From the NCBI RefSeq assembly GCF_009914755.1, contig NC_060925.1: DNA of 64,000 nucleotides. One strand, written 5' to 3'. How positions within the stretch are numbered: the first letter of the stretch is position 1; every line of letters begins with the position of its first letter. The notes below the pieces were generated by a model. The model had not been told where the DNA came from. It ran no database searches and saw only the letters and a list, made by a program, of their open reading frames with translations. A program made the translations under genes and the position numbers. Below, one piece after another: positions 1 through 64,000 of this stretch. Source of the DNA: the human T2T-CHM13v2.0 reference genome, Homo sapiens.

Positions 1-1250
1 TGATGGCCTGAAGCTGAGAAGAGACAAACTGGGTTATTAGAAAACATGTATCAAACCAAAACAAGGGTAAGGACAGGTGAAAAATCATGAGGCCTTTTAC
101 CAGTTTGTATGGGGAGAGGGAGGCCAAAAGCCCAATTGGTAAAAAAAACTTTTACCCTTTTGCTGGCATGTCAGGCTTCTGGGTTCCCTTCCTCTGAGCC
201 CAATTCTAAGTTAGCCAGTTTAAGGTTCGGGAAATTAACTCTTTCTCAATTTGGAGGATTATCTGAGGGGAGAAAAAAAAGGTGTTTTTTCAAAGGAGTC
301 CCAGGAGTTCAAGATGCATTCAAAAGGAGTACAAACTGAAGGTGAATGGCTACTCATCTAGAAAGGGGCAAGCAGGCGCCCCTAGTTCCTTTCTCTTCCT
401 ACCAAATACCTGGGGTATGTGAGGGAGGGAAAGTGAGGCATTCCTCTTTCTTTCCACCATCCTTGTATCCCTGAGTCCTGGCGAATGCAACAGCATGCCA
501 CCCATGGGTGTTAAAGAGGCTTTTACCCATGTTAACTAGCGGGGCTGGGGGAGGGAATTATTCACTCTACTCACATACGCCTTATCTCCCCTGCTGTAAG
601 TAGCCGTGAATTCCCTAGACTTCATTTACGCCATGGATACTAGCATGACTTTTATCCATGAAACAGAAAGCTTAGCTTAATTGGCAGGAGTCAGCCACGC
701 TCACCTGTGCTGTGCCTTTTAACTTCCATTATCTTCTGCCTCTGGATCCCTCAGATCCAGTCTTCTTTCCTAGGGCTTTGACCCAAAGCTTGGAATTGAG
801 TTTGAGACAAAAATGTGTCTTGGAGGGAGTTGCACGGACTCCTTATCATAAGCCAAATGCTAAAGTGAAGCTGTGGAATTGAGTCCTCCCCCAACAAGGG
901 AAAGAAAAGGTTGTCTTGTGACACACCCAGATAACTGGTGGCTATAGTTATGCTTGCTAGGATTTGGGTGCATGGTGCTTGGCTTTGGTTAGCTCCCTTG
1001 GTCTTGCTTTCCCAAAAAGGAAACCCCCAGGTGATGGGCACCCTATTTATTCCCATTGCCTGGCAGGATTTGATGTATAATTGCTCAGAACAAGAATATT
1101 GATCCAGATTTCTACATTACCCATCCCTTTTGTTCTTTCTGAGCTGTAGCTGGAGATTGCTGGTTGGTTCACAGGAACAAGCAGGGTTAGTCTAAAATGC
1201 AGGCAAAGACTTAAAAACAACTAATTAGTTTAGAATTTAATGACAAATGA

Positions 1251-1601
<351 letters not shown>

Positions 1602-1940
1602 TCATTTATTTTTATTTTTATTTTTCAATTTTTCTTTTGTTACCAGTTCTCATTTCTGTTAAAAAATCATGATAGGACTGAGTTGTTTGCAAAATAGACT
1701 TTAGTCTTATACTTGGCCTGATTAGTTGCATAAAGTGCAGCAAGAATAACTATTTCTACATAGGCCTTTTAGATTGGCTTTGATGCAACTCTGTTCCACA
1801 AGGACTCTTAGAGAAGACCTTTTAAAGCCGAGCCCAGCCATGGGTCTGTATCCTTAAATACCTGTGAGTTGAGTGCTCCTCTTCTCTTAAGGTCCCAAGA
1901 TAAACTTGGAACTCTGGGCCAGTTAGAAAGTGACACTCTT

Positions 1941-2364
<424 letters not shown>

Positions 2365-2500
2365 TTAAAGGGAAGCATACCCTTGCACTCAAAGCCTTGG
2401 TAAAACAACCAGTTTCTCCAGTTGCATCCTGTTGCAAAAGAAAATGGATTCTTACTGCACTGATGCAAACAACTATATTACCACAAGTTAAAAATACTCA

Positions 2501-4628
<2,128 letters not shown>

Positions 4629-5544
4629 TCAATTTATTAAAGGACATAAATAGCTCAAAGTAAGTTTCCTTGACTCTGAAAAACAAAATAAGGATCAGCA
4701 ATATTCCAAGCAAAAGTTAAAAAGTTTGCTTCAGTTTCTTGAGTACATTCAGTTAACTCTTGTTTTACTTGATATTTGTGAACATTTTAGCTCTTCATGA
4801 GTCCTGTACGTTTTTCCTTTATTCCAATGTCACAATCTCCAAAGTTATCAGAAACCTGTATTTGAGAGCACCTGTCAAAGTTCTATAGCTTATTATAAAC
4901 CTTGTTTTGAAAAGGATTAAAACGAAACAACAATTGTCTGTGAATAACAAAATGTTCAGTGTAGTTACAGTTAGAAGCACAATTGACAAAGAAGTTTGAT
5001 TATCTCTGTGGTTTACAAAAACTTAACAACCTTAATTATGATTGATAGCATATACTCAGACATTAGAATTTTAGAAATTCCATACAATTTTGGAACATGT
5101 ATTATTCACCAAAATGTAACCTAAAGAAGATTGAACACAGTATCAAGTACCTAAATGTTTCAAATAATCCTGTTTAGCTCTCTTTTCTGGACACTCTAGG
5201 GGCCCTTCTGAAGTATTCGAAAAGCCAGGTGTCAGGAAAGACAATTTTGAAACTGAAGTTTTATTTTGGAAAGCCTGTTAAATATGTTAGAGGTTTGAAA
5301 CACTTAAAATAGAATTCCAGATTACAATAAATTATTTATTTTGCCAAAATAATGACTCAGAAACATAAAAAGAAAAAAAAAAAAACCTTTTATAAGCCTT
5401 TACAAATTTTGCCAAAGAGCAGATTAGTGCCTTAAGAGTACCTTATTGTGCTTTTATTTCAATGTTCAATTTACAGAAAAATCATACAATACACTTTTGA
5501 ATTTAGTCAATATGTTCACACAGATAATTTCTTTGCAAGATTAA

Positions 5545-9564
<4,020 letters not shown>

Positions 9565-10512
9565 CCTTGGTTTATTTTTCTAAGAAACAGACTAACACTG
9601 ATCTCACTAGTAGCATTGTTAATATTAAACAAGATAGCTAATAGCTTTAAAGCGTCTAATCACGGTACCCCCACGAGTAGTAGTCACACAGCAAATCATA
9701 GGCAGGAGTGGACAAACAGCGCTGGGAGCATTAATTCTGGTAGATTTGGAGTCTGGGCAGGGCCTAAGAGGATGGGATCAGCGGATTGGGCCAGCCAAAG
9801 GGGGCGGGTTCAGAGGGAGGAGCCAGCTGCCTCCCGCTGCAAGCCCCGAGCTTTGAATCAAGCGCGGTAGTTTCAGCTGTAGCCAATCCTAGAACAAAAT
9901 CTTTTTGCGTCAGTTGTTGCTGAGGCCTAGATCTCACCCAGATCAGTTCTAGTCGCTGCTGCTTGTACCCGTCCTCGGCCCTTGCGTGTCCGTCCGTTAC
10001 GACTCAGAGGACGGAGAGAAAGTCTAAGTCACCTTCCTCAGTATCCAGGCCGGAAGGAGACTCTCAGCTACTCGCCCTGAACATGCAGAGCAGCACTGGC
10101 TTCCCTGTCTCTGGATGCCGCAGGGGCGTCCTGTCAGGAGTTGTAGTGTCAAGATTCCAGTTCTTCTTATGCGACTTGCTGGAGAAGCAGGAAGTTGCTG
10201 TTTATTGGAGAAGTCGGGCTAGGGAGGGAAACAATCCCGCGGAGCCATATGGAGAGGGCAGGAGGTGTCTAGATAGTGGTAGGCCGGCGGGGGACGGAGG
10301 GTATGGGTGGTGAGTCCTGGCCCTTTAAACCCGAGGGGGAGGATCCGGAAGTGGATGGGCGGGGCGAAGGGTCCTCGTATATAAAAGGGCCCCGGCCGCG
10401 CGGGGTCTCTAATCTGCCATTTTCTGTCCCTGAGTGAGTCTCTGGCGTCCCAAATTGCCTGTTTTTCTCGCAGGCTCTATTCCGTTCGCTGGTTCGCCAC
10501 CTCAGGGGAACG

Positions 10513-44492
<33,980 letters not shown>

Positions 44493-44579
44493 GAGGGGGC
44501 ACAGCCCTCCTCCCAAGGGAAAGTGTTTTTGTATATAATGTATTTTTTCACTTTTGGAGGATTCTTTTTGTATAACTTC

Positions 44580-44585
44580 AATAAA
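44580..44585 (+). terminator. NASP proximal polyadenylation signal AATAAA
   Basis: AATAAA about 90 nt after the stop, upstream TGTA motifs, T-rich downstream element. Confidence 0.75.
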
Positions 44586-45225
44586 GATTGTAAGCAAAGG
44601 TTGAGGCTTTGATGGTTTTTTTCTTAATTATTGGCTGAATCTGCCTTGGAGCACTGCTGGTTTTATATATTAGCCAAAGGTTTTGTTCTGGCCTTCTGTA
44701 CTGATCTGTGTTCCTGATCCTAATTCCTATCTGTCTAACGTGGAGGTGATCAAGTGTGGCTGTAGGCCTTTGTTTTCCAATGGTGCTATATTCTGTTTTC
44801 AAACACTTCACTGAACCCAGCTGTCTTGCAAACTTTCAGTGGTGCTGTCCCTGGATGGGGGCTACAAAAACAAGAATTGGTGAAGATCTTGCTCTTCAGT
44901 GCTGAAAATGGATGATGGACTTTGGCTGTGAGCCAGGCCTAGGATGGTTCTTGTCCTATATCCACCTAGTCTTCACCTGGGGCTATAATTCTGTCCTGGA
45001 AAAAGAACTCTGAAAACCTGGGTCAGGGGAATGATTCCTAAGGAAAACGGTCTGCATTTGATCTCTGGTTTGAAAGTAGCCAAGGGGACTGATGGTGGAC
45101 ACTCCAGATGTGGTTGGAAGCATATGTGGGGAGGCTGGCTGGTTGAGTTTTGTTATTTTCTGTATAGAAAGGTTGAGATATATCAACACTTGGAATTGTT
45201 ACCCATCTGCAGAATTGACTTCTCA

Positions 45226-45231
45226 AATAAA
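45226..45231 (+). terminator. NASP distal polyadenylation signal AATAAA
   Basis: AATAAA at the end of the unique 3'UTR, just before an Alu. Confidence 0.7.
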
Positions 45232-45305
45232 GATGCTAAAAATCTCCTTGTCTGGAATTATGTTTAAAGATCTTAAGTGGGGTCTTAGGCTGCTTTTTTT
45301 TTTGA

Positions 45306-45434
<129 letters not shown>

Positions 45435-46413
45435 TAATTTTTGTATTTTTGGTGGAGACGAGGTTTCACCATGTTGGCCAGGCTGGTCTCGAACTCCTGA
45501 CCTAAAGTGATCTGCCCACTTTGGCCTCAGGAAGTGTTAGGATTACAGGCGTGAGCCACTTCACCTGACTGCCTGGAGCATTTCTGTGTGCGATAGAGGG
45601 TTTCAAAGGCAGAAACAAGCCCACCAGTCCAAGGATGCTGGTGGTGAGGGCACTAGTATTAATGTTAGACCTGTTGTGCTCTCACTGGTGTCTAGGGGTC
45701 AGGGCTCACTTGAGACTGAACTGCCTCTGACCTGACTCTAAGTACCAGTTAGGATCTGAATTCCAAACAATGCCTGCCCTATATCACCACCTCAGTTTAG
45801 TAGTCATGACACCCATAGGGCTGCTTTTGTTGCACTGGAGGCAGAGGAAGCGATGGCCGGCCCCTAAATTCAACCCAATTTTTCAGACTAAGTAAGTTTT
45901 TCTGGGCTGGTCACAGTAACTCATGGTTGCAGGATCTCTGGCTTATCCTGGCTGTGGAGTTTCTTCCTGATGTTGCCCTTGCAGTATATGTTCCAGGTCC
46001 TGAGGCGCTTTGCCCCCTTTTCTTGGTCAGGACAGTCATGATGTAGTTTACTCCCAGGCACTTGACCTTCTCTGGTTGGCACTGGGATCTAGGGCTAGGC
46101 ACAGTATCTAAGCTAGATCTCACATGTGACCCCTGGTTGGGGGAACAACCTTGGGCTGGGGACCTATCCCAGAATCAAAGTACATAAGGCCTCAGGAGCT
46201 TCCTGTTTATGGGTACATTGAGAACCTGAAAGGTTTCCTGGCAGAAATACTGAGGAAACGGATTTAAGTTTGGCAATAAAACTGGCTTTACCAAAAAAAG
46301 CAGTGGGAACTAGTGGGAATTTAAAGTTGCTTTAGTGGGAATTAATGCCCCCTAGTCACCTTTCGGAGAACTTCATAAGTGCCAGACAATATCACAAATA
46401 CCTGACAAACTCA

Positions 46414-46419
46414 TTTAAT
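46414..46419 (-). terminator. Probable CCDC17 polyA signal ATTAAA, within a MIR relic
   Basis: TTTAAT on + strand about 210 nt past the stop; no TTTATT seen nearer. Confidence 0.5.
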
Positions 46420-46629
46420 CCTTAATCTGTTTTACAAAAACAGAAGAGGTACAGAAAAGTTAAGGACTTAACGGGAGGTGGTAAAGCTGTGGTTGGAACT
46501 GGTTTTCTGTACTCAACTGCTAGATGCTTCTAGATCCAATGTCAGAACATGGAGTAGTAAAGCTGTAGGTCTGGAAATAGGCCCCAGTCCTGTGCATGTT
46601 CAGATGCTCATCTCCACATTCACTTGGGT

Positions 46630-50600
<3,971 letters not shown>

Positions 50601-51076
50601 CTAGACTAGGCTGGGCCCTTATCACTTACTACATCATTGGTCATTTAATAGCCTCTAAAAGGCAAGTGTCATCTTTTTCATTGCTGTACTCCCAAGTGGA
50701 TGTAACAGTTTGTACCATTCTCCAATCCAGAGAACTACCTGGCAAAGGAGGCACTCTGACCTTTCCAGCATTCTGCCTGGAAACCATGTCGCACCAGGGA
50801 TAGCAGTCTCCCTAACTCCCATTCCCTGATTCCTCATTTTTCAGCTGTAGACGAAGATAATCAGCACAGCCCAAGAAATGAAAGCTGTGGGCGAACAGAA
50901 TGAATCTATCAGATGAGGGAATCAAGTCCAGAAAGAAACCCCTTCTCTCTCCCAAGATTGGCCAGAAGCCAGAAAGACCCTGAACTGTTGGTGAAATTCT
51001 TCACTCCACTCCCACTCCCAAAATATATGGAGGAGCTCTGAGGTGACCGCATATTTCTTAAGAAACCCTCTTTACT

Positions 51077-53470
<2,394 letters not shown>

Positions 53471-53663
53471 AGTATTTGTTGAATGAAAAAACCTGCTTCC
53501 TTCACTAGCCATTCAGCTACCATCGTCCAACTCTCCCCCAACCCCCACTCCAAGTTCTTATTTAGTAGGAAAACAGAACAGACTTCCCTTAAAATACGTA
53601 CACTGGTAAATACATGGGCACTAAAAAACAGTTTCAGGAAAAAAAAAAAACTTGGTTTCTGAC

Positions 53664-53683
53664 TTTATTACTGGTAATTTATT
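53664..53683 (-). terminator. GPBP1L1 tandem polyA signals (AATAAA x2)
   Basis: TTTATT at 53664-53669 and 53678-53683 at the end of an AT-rich 3'UTR (about 53650-54602); U-rich tract downstream. Confidence 0.8.
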
Positions 53684-54602
53684 GCACAGGTTTTTCTGCA
53701 TCAAAAAAGTATCTGCTAAAATAGAGAAACAGTTGTGTCTGAATTCACATTTCCCCCCAACTTCTAAAAATATTTCCCCTAAAAAAGAATCCACTCATCT
53801 AATTTTAAAGAAAATATACTTCTTACACAAGACAATCCAAACTGATGCAAAATATTTATTCCAAGTTAGTTATTTTATGCAGTAGTTTCCCCCTCGAGAC
53901 TTGTGATAACCACATCTTTTAAATCTGTAAATAATGTTATCAAAATAATCTTAATCTTTGAAATCTCACAAAAATTTATATTTTACAATCCACCCTGAAT
54001 ATCAAGGCTGCAAGAATAACACAACATTTCCTATATCCAAATATTTTACAGCTGTACCCAAAAAGGAAAAAGAAAAAAAAACAAAAAAAAACAACCAAAA
54101 AAACCCACATATGCTTGGTTAAGGGCTAAAGTTACCCGAGCAGCCAAAAATAAAATAAAATATCCAAATTATTAGCATTAATTTAATACAATTATAACTT
54201 CAATAGTCACTTTGTCATTGACAATGATTGCTTGATCACAGGGGTGAGTGCCCCAAGGGCTGGTAGTAGAAGCTGTTGCTGCAGACCAGTGTCTCCTCTT
54301 CCCTGCACTGCCAGCTCCTACCTGTGCATCGCCCCATATATACTGGGTGTGTATGTGTGTGTGTGTGTGAGTGTGTTTAAAAAATCTGTCCCACCACACA
54401 AACTTCTCTCTATAAAGCAGATAACAGGGAAGAACAATAACAAAAGCAAAACAAGCCAATTGCTCTCTCTTTGGGATATGATTATTTCCCTTGTGAATGA
54501 AGTATTCAACAACATAAGAAAAGGAAAAGAACGATTTCTTTTGTATACTCCCTAAACACACAGAGTTTACTGGGTCAGATTTAACTGTGAGCATTTATAT
54601 GC

Positions 54603-60583
<5,981 letters not shown>

Positions 60584-63209
60584 CTACACAGGGTGAAAGA
60601 ACAAATCAGTCAGAACAAGCACACAAACAGAAGCTCAGCTTATAAAATCATAAAGCAAAGAGTGAAATGTTACATGAGAACATAAGTTTCCAGGGCTTAC
60701 CTGTCTTAACATGTTTGGGAAGTATGCAACCTCTTTCGGAGGTTAGGCACTTCAAGGAAAATGGTAGATGGGATACAGAAGAGCCATTGGACATTAATAG
60801 TGACTTCCCAAAAACAGGGCTCTAGTTCAATAGTTCAATGAGTTTGGGAGGTGCCGGGGTGAAAAAAGTTCAACAAGGTTCTTCACTGTGCAATTTCTCA
60901 AAGCACTTAACTGCACATAAGAATTTGAGAGGCAGTTATGCAGCATTTTCCTAATTTATTGAATCCCAAAACTTTTTTTAGTAGTGTTTGTTAACTTTGG
61001 ATGTAATCCTGATAGCCCACAAAGTGCATCACAAAATTGCTGCTTTCCAGGAACTCTGATGGCAAAAGGCTAGTTCCAGGCCAGGGTGGCTATTGTAAAT
61101 GGTTGAACAATCCTGATTTATTTAGTCTGGAGGCCCGTCTACTCAACTCTGCAGGGTCTGGGCCCATTCTGTCACTCTGGCCATAACCCCAAGTATGATA
61201 GAAAGCTGGAATACTGAGTTACCACACTGTCCAAGGAGACCAAGGAAGATGTGGCAAGCCAGTGGAGTGGTGCTGAAGCAAATGAAAAACTTCCAACTTA
61301 TTTTTCCAGAATGAAACACTTAGAACAGAGGACCTCCAGGACAAAGGGGCCTGAGTGAAATGGATTCCCTTCCTGGTTGCTTTCTTGATTGATGGGTATT
61401 AAAAGAAGACACAATAATAGCTTTAGGAAAGGAATTAACTTTACTATCTACCATGTACCAGGTGATGGTCAGTCTGTTTTATTTAATTCTTAAACCAATC
61501 AGGAATAATAATTGTTACGCTGACTTTTAATAGAGGATGACACTGACAATAAGGAAGTTCCACAATTTGTTCAAGGTTATTCAGCTAGTAAATGAAACCA
61601 CCTTTCCACTATCCCAAAATGCCTCCACAAAGAACAAGCAAGCAGATAAGAGAAACGATGACCCAACCAGAATGAAGATTAATTTTTTTCTTGCATTGAT
61701 AAAAATCTAAAGATGGTTGCTTGTGTCAGGTTAACTCTCAAAGATGATTTGTGGCTTCCCCTGAGTTGTAGTCACCAGATGTCCTGTCTTTAAAACAATG
61801 TCACTCCAGAGCACAGAAACACTTGGGTTTCTGCCACAGTAGTACAAAAGATTTACTCTGTTACATAAAACAGAATATCTATGTCTGTGCCAATTTTATT
61901 TCAACTTAATTTTCAGTAACTTAAACCCTATGAGATAGCTAGACTACCCCCTGGAAAAATCATTATGCCCCACACCTGTTTTTATTAGATGATTATACAT
62001 GTAAAAGTCCATTAAAGTGAATTGTATAACCAGTTTTTTTTGTTGTTGTTTTTTAAATGTTCTCTCCTTTTCCTCTAAATTCTGAATCAACCCTAGCTTG
62101 CTCCACTTCAGAATCTTCTTCTACTGGACTAAAAATTCTAAAATCACTGGGCTCAAACTTTCTCCCACCTCCTCTGCCGTTTGCCCCTCAAGTTCAAAGG
62201 AATGTCCTCCTCCCTTTCTAGCACTTTCTTCTCTTTCCTTTTGGGTTTATCAAATATGCTAATCCACCTTATTGAAATTAGGAGAAAAAGGCCAGACTTC
62301 TTATTTTCCCTCAATCTTATATACCACCTTCTTATTGCCAAACTTCTGAGTAAGTCAGTATACATTATCTTTCACTCGTTCATTAACTATTTACTGCTTA
62401 GTTCCCTGCAATACTCACCTCTATCCCCAATTTTAGTAAAACTCTTTCATAAATAACCAAAACTTTCATCCTTATATTACAAAGGCCAGCTCTAAAAAAC
62501 CTGTCTTCTTTGGGAAATGCGATATTGCTCATTATGAATATTTTCTGAACCTGTCCCTTTTTCCCTTCTTGATTTCCTGATGCTTCACTCTCTCAGTTCT
62601 CTCTTTACCTCTTGAATTCCCTTCTTTTCAATGGATGTAAGTATACTAGCATTCCAGACTCAGTACTCTTCTTCTTCTGTAGTCTGTTGAACTAGGTGAA
62701 TTTCATTAGAAAAAGCAATTACTTATAACTGTTTCAGTTTAAAATGTTAAAATTGTGTAGATAATATGTAAAATTGCATCTCTACCTACTTTAACTTCTC
62801 TCCTGTTCTTTTTATACAGGCCTCCATCAAGTCTGACTTCCCCATTCACTTTCACATACCAGCCATACCGAACCAATATGGTTCCTTTACTCCAAACATA
62901 CCATATTCTGCATCCATTTTCTGGTTAACAACAGGTTCCCTCTGCCGAGAATGCCCTACCTACTTGCTTTCTAATGAACTACTGTACTACTGTTTTTAAA
63001 CGTCCACTTACTGGGTAATTAGGATGTTTCAAAAACTATATTCCAAGTACTTGCTCCAATTTACTGTCAAGAAGAGTTTAGCAAAATCTAATAACTTGCT
63101 TAAGATCACAACCCTAGAAAGTGTCACAAAGATTTCAACTTAGTTAAGTTTGAGTCAAAAGATTAATTTCTCAACTTCCTCTTCTATTCTTCATCCTTCA
63201 AGACAGGAG

Positions 63210-63400
63210 GCATTCTGGAACAGTAGAAAGAGCCCTGGTTTTGAAGTCAGACCTGAGTTAAAAGCCTGACTCTATCACTTATTAGCTATGTAACCCCACA
63301 GTGTGTATTCTCTATATCCCAGGATTAAAAGAGTAAATGCTTTAATATGTGTAAAAGCCCTAACCAAGCAACATAGTAAGATGTCAACAAATGGCAGTTC
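63210..63400. mobile_element. MIR SINE, within L2-like relics at about 62300-64000
   Basis: GAAAGAGCCCTGGTTTTGAAGTCAGACCTGAG...GCTATGTAACC motif. Confidence 0.6.
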
Positions 63401-64000
63401 TCTTTCCTTTATCATGTATTTGAATCCCAGTTATCCGTAAAGACTTTGATGACCCTCCCCAGGCAGAGAAGCACAATTTTTTTCAAATAACTCTTTCTTC
63501 ACTAGACAGTAAACTCTTTGCGATTACAGGCCAAGTATTATTTTGTGTCTCTAGTGACACAGTGTTTACTACTCAGATACTCAATAATTATTGCTAATGT
63601 TTAGATAAAATGAATGGATAAATCAACATCTGCTTATTAGTTATCTTACCTCTTCCTCCCTCTAACATCTCATATCCTACGTACCCAGAACCACAATCAC
63701 ATTTCCTGAAACCTGACCTTCCATATTTACCCCAATTTTCCCAGGAAGAATGTCTTCTGTTTTCTTTTGCTGCCTAATTTGCCTCCCACTATCTGCCATT
63801 ACCACCTCTGCCAACTGTTACCATCTCTGCCATTCTCTGCCAACTGTTACCATCCTCTTCAAGCTTCAAGAGCAGCAGCCTTTATATTAGTTTTCCAATC
63901 TTCATTCTACCCCTGACTCACAACAGGGCTAAAGTGATCTTAAGTTTTGTATCATAATTTTTATCCTTGTAAAAATTTTTTTACCTTTTGATTTATGAGA

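Overview
Human (primate) genomic DNA, recognisable as the chr1p34.1 NASP-CCDC17-GPBP1L1 locus. It holds the complete + strand NASP histone chaperone gene: 15 coding exons, 2367 nt, 788 aa (tNASP), with a 1017-nt cassette exon 6 whose skipping gives 449-aa sNASP. NASP has a TATA/ETS/YY1/E2F CpG-island promoter. The window also holds the complete convergent - strand CCDC17 gene (13 coding exons, 1869 nt, 622 aa) and the last five coding exons plus 3'UTR of - strand GPBP1L1. The rest is very Alu-rich, with ERV1 internal remnants, a solo MER11 LTR, a young AluYa5, a piggyBac-type MER75, and Charlie, MER5A, Tigger4, L1, L2 and MIR relics. Most short ORFs in the supplied track are Alu or repeat artefacts. 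Four observations stand out. (1) A 191-bp unique intronic segment is copied in inverted orientation into an Alu linker, so the pair brackets two GPBP1L1 exons totalling 228 nt; these exons are in frame and stop-free if circularised. (2) Other locally templated insertion or inversion scars occur inside Alus, including a 46-bp copy of CCDC17 coding sequence. (3) CCDC17 appears to have a CCHC zinc finger + coiled coil + C2 architecture. (4) A candidate QKI/RBFOX/intronic-polyA control module surrounds the tNASP cassette exon. Repeat names come from recall of consensus sequences, not from a database search, and repeat boundaries are approximate unless TSDs are given.
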